From NCBI RefSeq assembly GCF_963921235.1, contig NC_086097.1, forward strand, positions 211,546,001 to 211,610,000: a stretch of DNA of 64,000 nt, given 5' to 3'. Source of the stretch: Mobula hypostoma. Lineage: Eukaryota. A program made the position numbers and the translations under genes. Below the pieces are notes generated by a model that did not search any database, was not told the DNA's origin, and was given only the letters and a program-made list of their open reading frames with translations. Shown here piece by piece: positions 38,745 through 50,869 of this stretch (positions are counted from its first letter, which is position 1; each line of letters starts with the position of its first letter).

Positions 38745-40411
38745 CAGTGTACTCAAATCTCCGTGTGCTTCATCAAGTAGGTTGTTGTCTTGGGTTTGTT
38801 TAAAACTTTCTCGTCACCATTATCTGTTTTGTAACTCCAAAATATAAAACTAATTGTAAGAAAAACAACAGAGCCCAAGAGATGTGTGTAAACTTTGATC
38901 TTTACTGTTATTGAGGTGCAATACTGCGGTATGACATGGTGGCTTAATGATGTATGCCATTCCCATACTTTTACACATAGCCCAAATTGAATTATGTAAA
39001 CAATAAAGAATGCTTATCAAGCAATATATTTAACATCTTACTCAAATATTACTGATACAGGTTTCCCCCGCTATCCGAAGGTAGAGCATTCCTATGAAAC
39101 GGTTCGTAAGCCGTAATGTCATAAAGTGAATAAGCAATTACTATTTATTAACATGGGAAAAATTTTTGAGCGTTGCCAGACCCAAAAAAAACCTACAAAA
39201 TCATGCCAAATAGCACAGAAACAGTAACATACAGTAAAAGCAGGAATGATATGATAAATACACAGCCTGTATAAAGTAAAAATACTTTTCTGCAGCACTA
39301 TCTGGCGCAGCAAAAATCTCGCGGAAGCGCTTTCGGCAAAAACGCAGCGCAAGTGCTCTCAGCAGAAACACTCTCTCCAGTAACTTTTAAGCTATGAAGC
39401 TGCCAAATCATACCAAGTAACACATAAAAATACACAGCCTATATAAAGTAGAAATAATGTATGTACAGTGTAGTTTCACTTACCGGAATTGGGAAGACTC
39501 CAATAAATTGCAGTTTCGTCACAGTTAAACACTTGCTTATACGAATAACCACCTGACGCAATCGGCAATCGCTTCTGATCTGGGCTGACATTTACGTGCC
39601 GGGTGGCACCTAATTAATTAGCTTGTTTATTTTGGCTTTTTTCTTAAAGATGTGCTGGGTGCATTCCGACTACCGCTGCACCACTGCATCCTTCACGGCC
39701 CATTATCGGTCGGCGGCCCGGAGGTTGGGGACCACTGCTTAAACTATGAAGCTGCCCTCGCCTCAGAAACTGATGAAGCCACCCATGACTACCTTTAAAT
39801 TCCACTTTCATCACCGTTGTCCAGTGTTTAAGACTGACTGATTTCTCCTTATGTATAAGAAAACTTAACGGAACACCACGCTTTGTACACCCATCAATCC
39901 ACTCAAGCAATAGATTTTCCATCTTATCCCTTATTGGATGCCGACTAAGAGAGACCACTTTGCTACAAGCAGAACAAACAGTAACATCGGCAGCTTTCAA
40001 AATTTTTTCACTCTGCATATAAATAGTGCGAATGGTGGATGCAGGCAAGTTCAACATGCGGGCAATGTCCTTACTTTGTTCACCACAATCGTAAAGCTTA
40101 ATTATGTCTAGTTTTACGTTAAGTGTAACACCCTTACGAGCTCTTTTAGGCTTTTCCGATACCTTAGAACTCATCTTGCTAACGGATGCTCAAAATAAAT
40201 CGAGATAATGCACATGTTTAAGCAATGCTGGCTAGAATGTAGTTCTGGGGGAGGAGCTTGGCTGTTCGGGGCGCACGCTGCCTTTTCTCGAAACAGTGAA
40301 AACACCTTCTGTTAGCGATAAGAGGTAACTAATGTAGGTCTTTCATAACAGCAAGGTGTCGTAAGGCGAACGTTCGGGAAACTGGGGCCACCTGTATATT
40401 GAAGTGCAACA
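38745..40411 (-). mobile_element. Gypsy 5' LTR with PBS, split by Tigger B (LTR at about 38821-39057 plus 40395-40411)
   Basis: Minus strand begins TGTTGCAC at 40411. PBS-like TGGTGACGAGA at 38809-38819 immediately inside the LTR. Same orientation as 34620-36736. Confidence 0.65.
39058..40394 (-). mobile_element. Tigger/pogo deletion derivative B with both ends; encodes only the transposase N-terminal DNA-binding region
   Basis: TA on both flanks and imperfect ~24-bp TIRs (caggtttcccccgctatccgaa vs caggtggccccagtttcccgaa). ORF 39644-40174 has psq-HTH and CENP-B HTH (VKLDIIK..DIARMLNLPASTIRTI..MENLLLEWI..FKGSHGWL) and no DDE domain. Confidence 0.92.
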
Positions 40412-42829
40412 AATCCCATACATATTTTATGGAAGATAACTGCTGTTGTGTGTCCGTGTGGTTGGGAGGTGGGGGAAGGGTGTGTGCAAGGATGGAGAAA
40501 GAAAAGGTCTGCCTCTTTTTGGACAAGGTGAGAATGGGATCATTCAGTGCAGGAAAGGAAATGATCCAATTCAACTAGTGGGGAAAGGGTTGTATCAGAA
40601 GCATTTTCAAACCCTTTTAAGAGGTATATCCTGCTCTGTTGACTGCTGCATTTTAGGAATTACCAATTACCTTGAAACAGACCAGGATGACCTTGTTAGA
40701 TTATGTCAGCGATAGCATTGTTGCAGTGGGACTCAGTGCTTTTAATTTTGGAGCAGGCAGATTCACACTAAAGGCTGAGTTTAAAATTTGCAGTTTATGG
40801 TGGATTTGCAGCTGTTGTGGCTATATCTTGTTATGAGTAATATTGGTGTACCTCAGGACCATGATAAACTCAGTAAATGAGTATCCAACAAATTGATATG
40901 AAGACAGGATATTAACAATGACATTTTTGTTTAAAGTTATGGCTGTTTAAAAGTTTGAACAATCTAGTTTGATATGGTTGTATAGCTGATGCTATAGATT
41001 TCAGTGGAACTGAATCATTGTTGATTAGGTTTTTTAATGATAGTGATATCAGCAGGCAGGAGAATGAATTTGTGCTACAGATAAAAAGTCACTTTCATTT
41101 CGCATCTGCTGTGCTTCCAGTCTAAAGATTATTGATGTACTTTATGTGCATATTGACAAACACCATTGTTATAACCACACTGTTGGATTTGACATTCAAA
41201 AGCGTTTGAGATTTGATTGTAAATCATGTGCTAGCAGCAGGTTTGAACATTTTGCAGATTATAGCAATATGTGTTTTGAGTTCTATAATGCTTTCAACAT
41301 ATATATAAATAAAGTTTTATGATTTCTATGTCATGGCATTATCCGCTCAACTTCAAAACTAATGACGCTGAACATCGAGTATGACTGAGAAGTGAAGATT
41401 TTTTTTTGCAGGATTTCAAATGTCCTCTGAGTATTAAGATTTCTGTAAGATATGCAAGCACTTTTAAATCGCCAAAACCTCGGCTTTGTATGCAGCACAA
41501 ATTAAACATTGATCTTAGGGCGATTAGTTTCATTACATTTATGCAATGAGATCGCACTTCCTTTGAACTTAACGTGGTTAAAATGAAATTGCTTGCACAG
41601 ACTGCTGCTGAACTTTTTGGACAAATTTGTAGCCTTTCTCCACATCCTCTCTCGACTGACAGGAAACCAACAATTCATGGCAGTTAAGCTGGCTGGAGCC
41701 AAGCCATTTAAGCATGTCATTTGAAAAATAAGCAAGCTTTATTTGCTGAAGTAAAGTGAAATGGGATTGCTAGCAATAATTGGGAGAAGAACTGAAAGTA
41801 TGTCAGTTTTAATTATGTTGCACAAACCATTTGGACTGCATGACCTAAACTAGTCTCTCAAAGCCTGAAGCTCTTCAGTATGGTGTGTGAAATGTACTGG
41901 ACTGTGCTCACTAGCAGAGAAAATTACATCATTTGATGATTTAAAAACCTCACTTTAGCAGTGAACCTCTCACCTGAAACGACCTATTACCATCACCACC
42001 AATATGCTTCTGTAGAGAAAACTCCAGCTCAGATGCCGTCACTGTTGCAGAAAGCTGGACTCTCCGTACGGATGTGACCAGCTGTACACTGAAAGACTTG
42101 TGCTGAGAACAGTTGGGGGGAGGATGGGTATGGGTTAAACTTGGAGGTGGTCAGTGGTGTTACTGGCAAAGTGAGCATAGCTGGGCAGAGTGTTTTGTGA
42201 AGGTGAACGAAGGACTTGTAGGGAGACAAAACAAGTGACTTAATTTTGCAGGATGTGAAGGAGGAGTTTAATTTTTCATGATTTGCATGTTGCAGTCAAG
42301 GCTAATGTTTACTATCTATTTCTAATAGCCCATGAGAAGATGGAAGTGAAGTACAGCCTCAACCATTGCAAATATTTTCTTGGTGAAGGTACACTCACAT
42401 ACCTGCTGCTGGGTGTGCAGTTCTGAGATTTAGACCTGGAAACAATGATTAAGAACAATATATTTCCAAGTGAGGATGATGTGCCATATTTGGGGATGGG
42501 GTGGAATCTGCAGGCTGAGGTATTCTCACGTAACTGAAACCTTTGTCCTGCTGGCTGTCATTGGTTCAATGGTTCCATTTAATATCAGAGAATATATACA
42601 GTATACAACCTGAAATCCTTACTCTTCACAGACATCCATGAAATGAAGGAAAAACCCCAATGAACAAATGAAAAAACATTAGAACCCCAAACCCCGCCTT
42701 CTCCCCTCACCCATGAGCAAACAGCAGCAAAATCATCAACCCTCCCCCACATATTTCAGCAGAGAACATCAGACCCACCACCCGCCATGCAAGCATCAGC
42801 AAAGCCCCCAAAAGTGACCATGACCATGA

Positions 42830-43178
42830 GTAAGATGATGAGAGGCATTGATTGTGTGGATAGTCAAGGCTTTTTCCCAGGGCTGAAATGGCTAACACAA
42901 GAAGGCACAGTTTTAAGGTGCTTGGAAGTAGGTACAGAGGAGATGTCAGGGTTAAGCTTTTTACGCAGAGAGTGGTGAGTGCATGGAATGGGCTGTCGGC
43001 GACGGTGGTGGAGGCGAATACTATAGGGTCTTTTAAGAGACTCCTGGATAGGTACATAGAGCTTAGAAAAATAGAGGGCTATGGGTAACCCTAGGTAATT
43101 TCTAAAGTAAGTACATGTTCAGCAGAGCATTGTGGGCTGAAGGGCCTGTATTGTGCTTTAGGTTTTCTATGTTTCTAT
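42830..43178 (+). mobile_element. CR1 3' end (5'-truncated), same subfamily as 59922-61748
   Basis: TRRHSFKVLGSRYRGDVRVKLFTQRVVSAWNGL and a (tttctatg)n tail. Confidence 0.88.
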
Positions 43179-43709
43179 CTAAAGTTCATCAAAAACTATG
43201 GCCATCCCAACACTTCAACATCTCAACAGGCCCTCTGTCTCACTAATGAGGAAGAGAGAGATATCACTCGTATCCCAGCGAGAGGGAGAACAGAAATCGC
43301 TCTTTAATGAGAGTAGCACTGCTGGGTTTCTTTGTAACACAACAGCCTCTGCAGTGGTTCATGAGTAACTGAACAATACAAGGTGGTGTATGGGCTATTA
43401 AACAACAGGCTGCTTTACCATGGAGGGTCAAGCCTCTTGAGAATTGTTGAGTTGCACTCTCCATCACAGTTCTGATGTGCCTTGTAGATGGTGGAAAGAT
43501 GTTGGGTATGAGGAGTGACTTACTCATTAATAGATTACTTAGCCTCTCGCCCATTCTTGTTGCTACACGTTTATGGGTCTGATCTAGCTGATCTAGGCTC
43601 ATCAATGATAACCCCAGGATGTTAAGTGTGGGGCTCTACAAAGTTAAGTCTTTGAAATACTGGGGGTTAAGTAGTTAGTTAATCTTGTTGGTCATTGTCT
43701 GGCACTTTT

Positions 43710-46700
43710 TTTTTAATATAATTTTTATTGAGTTTTCAAAAAGAATACATGAAAAGATAATATCTACCCTCCCCCCCCCATATAAAGTCCTACCTAAAAA
43801 GAAAAGAAGAAAAAACAAGCCGCCTGGGTATTGGAAGGTTTCCACATGCTCCATGGAATTCAAAATAAATTTGGTATACTTATTCGTTACTTTCCCCAAA
43901 GGACCAAGATCTTTATCGGAGCACTTAAATATGCCATCCTATCTTTTGTAAATAAGGGCGCCAAATATTCAAAAATGTTACATATTTATCTCTTAAATTA
44001 TAAGTAATTTTTTCGAGTGGAATAGAACTAGCCATTTCATTATTCCAACGATTCATACTTAAATACGAATCAGATTTCCAAGTAACTGCTATAGTCTTCT
44101 TAGCTACTGCCAATGCAATTTTTATAAATTCTTTCTGATATTTATTCAATTTAAGTTTCGGCTTTATCCCTTCAATATCACCTAATAGAAATAATACAGG
44201 GTTATGTGGAAGTTGAGTTCCAGTAATTTGTTCCAGTAAGACTCTTAAATTTATCCAAAAGTATTGAATTTTAAAACAAGACCAAGTAGAATGTAAGAAA
44301 GTACCAATTTCTTGATTACACCGAAAGCATTTATCGGATAGATTTGAATTTAATCTATTTATTTTTTGTGGTGTGATATATAATTGGTGTAAAAAATTAT
44401 ATTGTACTAATCTAAGTCGAACTTTTATTGTATTTGTCATACTGTCAAGACAGAGTCTTGACCAATTTGTTTCATCAATATTAATATTCAGATCTGTTTC
44501 CCATTTTTGTTTTGACTTATGGATTCCTTGTTTAATTGTCTGTTTTTGAATCAAATTATACATACAAGAAATAAATTTTTTACTTTTCCCTTTTTGAATT
44601 AAAGTTTCAATTTCATTAGATTTTGGCAAAAACATTGTTTGACCCAGCTTACCTTTTAAGTAAGCCCTTAATTGAAGGTAACAAAAGAAAGTGTTAATTG
44701 ATATTTTATACTTATCCTTTAGTTGTTCAAATGACATCAATATATCTCGTTCATAACAATCTCCTATAAATTTAATCCCTTTTTGGTACCAATTATATAA
44801 AAGTTGATTGTCCATTGTAAAAGGAATAAGTCTGTTTTGGAACAAAGGTCTCCTTGCTAATAAAGATTTCTGTATTTCATTATCAACATTTATCTTATTC
44901 CATAGATCAATCAAATGTATTAATATAGGAGATTCTTTCTTTTCCTGTATCCATTTAGGTTCCCATTTATATATAAAATCTTCAGGTCTATTTTCTCCTA
45001 TCTTGTCTAATTCTATTTTAATCCATGCTGGTTTTCGATCATCGAAGAAGGATGCAATAAATCTAAGTTGATTTGCTTTATAATAATTCTTAAAGTTTGG
45101 AAGTTGTAACCCTCCTAATTCAAATTTACATGTCAATTTTTCCAATGATATTCTTGACATTTTACCTTTCCAAAGAAATTTTCTCACACATTTATTTAAC
45201 TCTTGAAAAAATTTCTGTGGCAATTGTATTGGTAATGTTTGAAACAAATACTGTAATCTAGGAAATATGTTCATTTTTACAACATTGACTCTACCTACTA
45301 ATGTTATTGGTAATATCATCCATTTGTCAAGATCTTCTTGAATTTTTTTCAATAGTGGTAAATAATTAAATTGACCAATTGCTACGCTAATCATGTGTGC
45401 AAGCGTGGCTTTAGCCACGACCCGCAAAATGGAGGGGGCTAGTGTTGTGTATCTTTTCATTCACAATATTAGTGGGGGGCTATTTTGTTTTTTCTTTTTC
45501 TGTATCTTTTCTATCTTTTTCTTTCTTTTTGCCTGGAGGGTTGGGAGGGGAACACATAGCAACATGGTGAAGTTCAAAGAGATTCCCCAAGGAACTATGA
45601 GAGTTGAGAAGATGTTTTAGATTGGAGTAACTTTCTTAAGAATAATGACTAATTTGTTGAATTTTTTGAGTTTTAATGTTAATGGGCTTAATGGACCAGT
45701 GAAAAGAAAGAGAATCTTAACACATATTAAGAAAATGAAGATAGATTTAGCCTTTTTACAAGAAACGCATTTAACAGAAACAGAACATCAGAAACTAAAG
45801 AGAGATTGGGTGGGTAGTGTTGTTGCGGCTTCATTTAATTCAAAAGCGAGGGGAGTAGCAATTTTGATCAATAAAACGTTACCAATTAAAATACAAAATG
45901 TAATAACCGATTCTGCGGGGAGATACGTGATTATACATTGTCAACTTTTTTTCTGAATTATAGACATTTATGAATATTTATGCACCAAATGAAAACAATG
46001 CAAAATTCATACAAGAAGCTTTTTTGAATTTGGCGGATGCACATGAAAAAATATTAATTGGAGGAGATTTTAATTTTTGCTTAGACCCAATCTTAGATAG
46101 ATCAACTAAGGCTGTTATAAAATCGAAGGTAGTAAATCTAACTTTATCATTGATGAAAGATTTAAATTTGATTGATATATGGAGAAGAATCAATCCTAAA
46201 GAAAGAGACTATTCGTTCTATTCTCATAGACATAAAACTTACTCAAGGATAGATTTTTTCCTATTATCAATGCATATTCAACACAGAGTGAAAAATATGG
46301 AATATAAAGCAAGAATATTGTCAGATCATTCTCCTTTATTAATGACAATAATAATGACTGATAAGGAAGAAGTGGCTTATAGATGGAGATTTAATTCAAC
46401 ATTATTAAAACGTCAAGATTTTTGTGATTTTATGAAAAAGCAGATCCAATTTTTTTTGGATACAAGTTTTTATTCAGTGGATGATAAATTTATATTATGA
46501 GATGCGATGAAAGCATATCTGAGGGGCCAGATAATAAGTTATACATCTAAAATTAAGAAAGAATATATGGCAGAACTAGATCAATTGGAAAAAGAGATTA
46601 CAAAATTAGAAAAAGAATCTCAAAGATATATGTCGGATGAAAAACGAAGGCAGCTTGTCAATAAGAAGTTACAATATAATACGCTTCAGACATATAGAAT

Positions 46701-46913
46701 GGAAAAAGCAATTATAAGAGCTAAGCAAAGGTATTATGAGTTAGGTGAGAGAGCACATAAAATTCTTGCCTGGCAGCTGAAAACAGAACAAGCTTCCAAA
46801 ACAATAAATGCAATTAGAACAAGTGCAAATAAAATATCTTATAAACCTCTTGAAATAAATGAAACCTTTAAAAGTTTCTATTCTGAATTATATCAATCAG
46901 TATCACAAAATGA
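43710..46913 (-). mobile_element. L1 LINE with 5' inversion: 3' ORF2 half on minus (43710 to about 45372), inverted endonuclease half on plus (about 45373-46913)
   Basis: Poly(A) and AATAAA at about 43706-43730 on minus. GRVNVVKMNIFPRLQYLFQ, GGLQLPNF and CFRC..GTFLHSTWSC on minus. FNVNGLN..FLQETHL, GGDFN, YSRIDFFL and SDHSP on plus. Exact 14-bp TSD tgtctggcactttt (43696-43709, 46914-46927). Confidence 0.95.
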
Positions 46914-47439
46914 TGTCTGGCACTTTTCTGACACTCGTGTTACTTGCCACTTACAAGTCCATCGCAGCATATTCCAGGCCTACAGCATAAAAGCATGGAG
47001 AGCCTCATTCACGGAGGATGTGCGAATGGAATTCGTAAACATCCCATGTCTGAACTTAAAAGGAAGGTCAGTTATTTACTGAGGAAAGGAAGAGAAAAGT
47101 TAGCAACAGGATCAGCAGATTGGAGTTAGTTTAGATGGAGAATGTAAGTAGTGAATGGCTGTGGTGATCAGTGTTTCCTTGAGCAGCAGCAAGAATTGGG
47201 AATTGTACTAAGAGGGGAGCAGTCTGTAATGGGCTTCGTAATGTAGGATTTTGCTCTGGATAAATAGAGAGGTATTGAATGGAGACCAATGTGGAGACAG
47301 GATTTTCAGCAGAAGAGCAAATGAAAAAAGATACTATTAAACTGTTTGTTCACGAGATGTTGCTCTGTAAGTTACACTACCAGCTCCATCGTGGGTACAA
47401 CCCTCCCCACCAATGAGGACAGCTTCAAGGAAAACAAGA

Positions 47440-48116
47440 GATTCAGCAGGTGCCCTCAATGGGACCTCCTCTACATTGGTGAGACTCGGCCTAAGCTGAG
47501 GTCCACTTTGATGAGCATCTCTGCTCCATCTGCCAAAAGCAGTAATTCTTGCTGCCCAGCCATTTTAATGCCTATCCCCATTCCAATTCCGGCATTTCAG
47601 TAAGAAGGAGGGATCATATTGGCCTCTTTTGTCACAATGAGACCATACTCAGGGTGGAGGAACAACACCTCATACTCTCTCTAGGTAGACTTCAACCTGA
47701 TGACAGAAACATCGATTTCGCCTTCCACTAACTTCTTTCCTCCCTTCCCTTACCTGCCCTCTTCTACCCCCCACTTTAGCCTCTCACTTCTCTCCTACCT
47801 ATCACCTCCCCTGATACCCCTCCCCTTCCTTCCTTTCTCCCATGCTCCCCTCTCCTCTTCTATCAGATTTCTTGTTCTCCAGCTCTTTACTTCTCCCAGC
47901 CACCAAGCTTCACCTATCCCCTTCCAGCAAGTCTTCCTTCCTCTCCCCATTCATAATTTTGGCATCTATCCCTTCCTTCCCCTCTCCACTCATAATTTTG
48001 GCATCTATCCCTTCCTTCCCTGCTCTGAAGAAGGGTCTCTTCTTGAAACATCGACTGTTTATTCATTTCCACGGACACTACCTGACCCACTGAGTTCCTC
48101 CAGCATCTTGTGTGTG
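47440..48116 (+). mobile_element. Degenerate PLE 3' fragment with hammerhead-like motif (about 48022-48057)
   Basis: LLYIGET, RVEEQHLI..LGRLQPD, and CTGAAGA-agggtctcttctt-GAAA-c-atc-gactg. Confidence 0.75.
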
Positions 48117-49284
48117 TTCACAACACGCTGGAGGAACTCAGCAGGTCGGGCAGCATCCGTGGAAATGATGAGTCAACGTTTCGGGCCGGAACCCTTCGTC
48201 AGGACTGAAGAGGGAGGAGGCAGAGGCCCTATAAAGGAGGTGGGGGGAGGGTGGGAAGGAGAAGGCTGGTAGGTTCCAGGTGAAAAACCAGTAAGGGGAA
48301 AGATAAAGGGGTGGGGGAGGGGAAGCAGGGAGGTGATAGGTAGGAAAGGTGAAGGAGGAATAGGGGAAAACACAATGGGTAGTAGAAGGAGGCGGAACCA
48401 TGAGGGAGGTGATAGGCAGCTGGGGGAGGGGGAAGAGTAAAATAGGGATAGAGGAAGGGAGGGGGAGGGAATTACCGGAAGTTGGAGAACTCTATGTTCA
48501 TACCAAGGGGCTGGAGACTACCTAGACGGTATATGAGGTGTTGCTCCTCCAACCTGAGTTGAGCCTCATCATGGCAGTAGAGGAGGCCATGTATGGACGT
48601 ATCTGAATGGGAATGGGAAGCAGAGTTGAAGTGGGTGGCTACCGGGAGATCCTGTCTGTTGTGGTGGACGGAGCGGAAGTGCTCGACAAAGCGGTCCCCC
48701 AATCTGCGTCGGGTTTCACTGATGTAGAGGAGACCGCACCAGGAGCACCGGATGCAATAGATGACCCCAACAGACACACAAGTGAAGTGTTGCCTCACTT
48801 GGAGGGACTGTTTGGGGCCCTGAATGGTGGCAAGAGAGGAGGTGTAGGGACAGGTGTAGCACTTGCGCTTACAGGAATAAGTGCCGGGTGGGAGATCCGT
48901 GGGGAGGGACGTGTGGACCAGGGAGTCATGGGGGGAACAATCCCTGCGAAAAGCAGAGAGAGGTGGAGAGGGAAAGATGAGCTTAGTGGTGGGGAGGATA
49001 ATGTGCTGGATCCGGAGGCTGCTGGGGTGGTAGGTAAGGACAAGGGGAACTTTGTCCCTGTTGTGGTTGCGGGAGGATGGGGTGAGGGCTGAAGTGCGGG
49101 AAATGGAGGAGATGCGGGTGAGGACATCATTGATGACAGCAGAAGGGAAACCACGATCCTTAAAGAAAGAGGACATTTGAGATGTCCTGGAACAGAAAAC
49201 CTCATCCTGGGAGCAGATGCGATGGAGACGGAGGAACTGGGAATAGGGAATGGCATGTTTGCATGTGGCGGGGTGGGAAGAGGA
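48117..49284 (-). mobile_element. Neptune-type PLE 3' part, tail-to-tail with the previous copy; open frame over thumb/linker/GIY-YIG
   Basis: ORF 48472-49299: SSHPATCKHAIPYSQFLRLHRICS..CKRKCYTC..VIYCIRCSWCGLLYISETRRRLGDRFVEH. Confidence 0.92.
48171..48207 (-). ncRNA. Best-preserved minimal hammerhead ribozyme motif
   Basis: Reverse complement cagtc-CTGACGA-a-ggg-ttccgg-ccc-GAAA-C-GTT-gact. Stem I agtc/gact, stem II ggg/ccc, palindromic AACGTT stem III, NUH triplet GUU. Confidence 0.78.
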
Positions 49285-49905
49285 CCACCTTGCATGCACT
49301 GCTCTTTTGAGGTCTATCCACAGATTAACGATGACGTTAGGTCAGGGGACTGTGAGGGCCATGGCAAAACGTGAGTGCATATATGTGCTGCGGTTGACAT
49401 TTTAGTTAAAATTTATTACTGCCATATTTTAAAAAATGTAAAAGCATGCCACCAATACTTTTTAAATGATTGATATGAATCAAAAGGCACTACACTTGAG
49501 GCTTGACAATATTTGCCAAATTGAATTAGATCTCAGATTGATAACCTTAGACCATGTTTGGTCTGCTACAAAGTAAGTATTTAGAACCTGCATTATAGCT
49601 GGCCAATCAGTTAAGCTTCTTGTTTGAATTATCGTTTCTGCTAATCATTCATAGAACAGTTGCAATTAAGTGTAATGTTTGGAAATGTTGTCGGGTGGTT
49701 TAACCAACAATGAGATCAACTGAATAATGTAACATTGTGATCCTAAACAATCCCTGGTTGATATAGTAATTATTTTTGCAATAACAAACACCTTCGGCAT
49801 GGCAGCAGTTAAGGGATCTATGTTACAGCTCTAACTAAAATAAATCTCTAACTAAATAAATAAATACGTAAAGCAACACACCGACATTTCATTAATTTCC
49901 TAGTA

Positions 49906-50164
49906 AAGTAAAGGTACATCACATCTGGTGTTTCTCCAGTTAGCGGACGATTTCCCTCCACGCCTCTCTGACGTAGTGGGGAACCGCATATGAGGTAGGT
50001 TACAGCAGTGGTTTGCCATTGCCTTCGGCCGGGTGAGTTTCCAAAGAGATCACCAGCTCATAACCCAGCACGATGGAAAGCGTGCAGGGGAGCCGGCTGG
50101 ATTCGAACTTGGGACCTTTCTCCCCGACGTCTGGCACTGATGCCACTACGCCACCAGCTGGGTC
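49906..50164 (-). mobile_element. tRNA-headed SINE with RTE-like body
   Basis: Minus strand A-box TGGCGTAGTGG, B-box GTTCGAATC and gaaggcaatggcaaaccact motif. Short tacctt/tactt tail. 12-bp TSD aatttcctagta (49894-49905, 50165-50176). Confidence 0.85.
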
Positions 50165-50869
50165 AATTTCCTAGTACACCTGGCAATGAAAAAGTGAAAA
50201 ATTGCACCATGCATTTCATTGGTAAAGATCACAGTTGATATTAATTTAGTTGGTATGTAAAGAAGCAAAAATACCATCTATGTTTGACAAGCTAATGCAA
50301 ATGCTGGCGCTGAGTAACAAGCAGCAAGTTACGCTATAGCTTTTCATATTATTTCATTTTCACATCAGCTAGATTAACTTTAGTGACAATATCTAAAATA
50401 AATACTGCTGCAAATATTCCATTTAGAGAATTTTTCCCCTTTTGGGATTCATTTTCCAACCATGCAATTTTAAAAATGTAACATAAATATGGCTTTGGTT
50501 TGGTCCTTACTGTTTTAAACAGATTTATATTTGTACCTCTTGACTAAGTCATTTTTTTTCCATCTCTTTATGGTGATGCAAAGGGATAGCCAAATTCTCT
50601 CTGAAACAACTACACATTTTTTGGCTATCCACGCATAGTACTTAATGTTTAGCGACGTGGAAGTAAACCTTTCAGCTTGTGAGGCTTTCTTAACGTTTGA
50701 AGAATTAATTGAACATATTCACTGAACATTGATTTTGCAGGCTGTGTGCAGAGTTTTGCACGTGTTTGTGAGCAAACCCTCCTGTATTAGTAAAGATTTA
50801 AACGGTGCAGTCAGTGGTATGAGAAGCACAAGACCACTAAATCTTGAGCTTTCAATATCTAACAGCCTT

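Noticed and set aside
39644..40174. Domesticated CENP-B/TIGD-like gene
   Set aside because: It lies between TIRs with TA duplication, a sister copy is nearby, and the frame runs into a MITE.
43925..45460. 511-aa ORF as a host or novel gene
   Set aside because: It is the L1 ORF2 C-terminal half. Its first ~30 codons are antisense read-through from the inverted segment.
45645..47082. Divergent endonuclease-like gene next to the 511-aa ORF (operon-like pair)
   Set aside because: Both lie inside one TSD and are halves of one inverted L1, broken by a frameshift and a stop.
50090..50164. tRNA gene
   Set aside because: A and B boxes are present but I see no complete cloverleaf. It continues into a SINE body bounded by a TSD. 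The same applies to 29438-29535.
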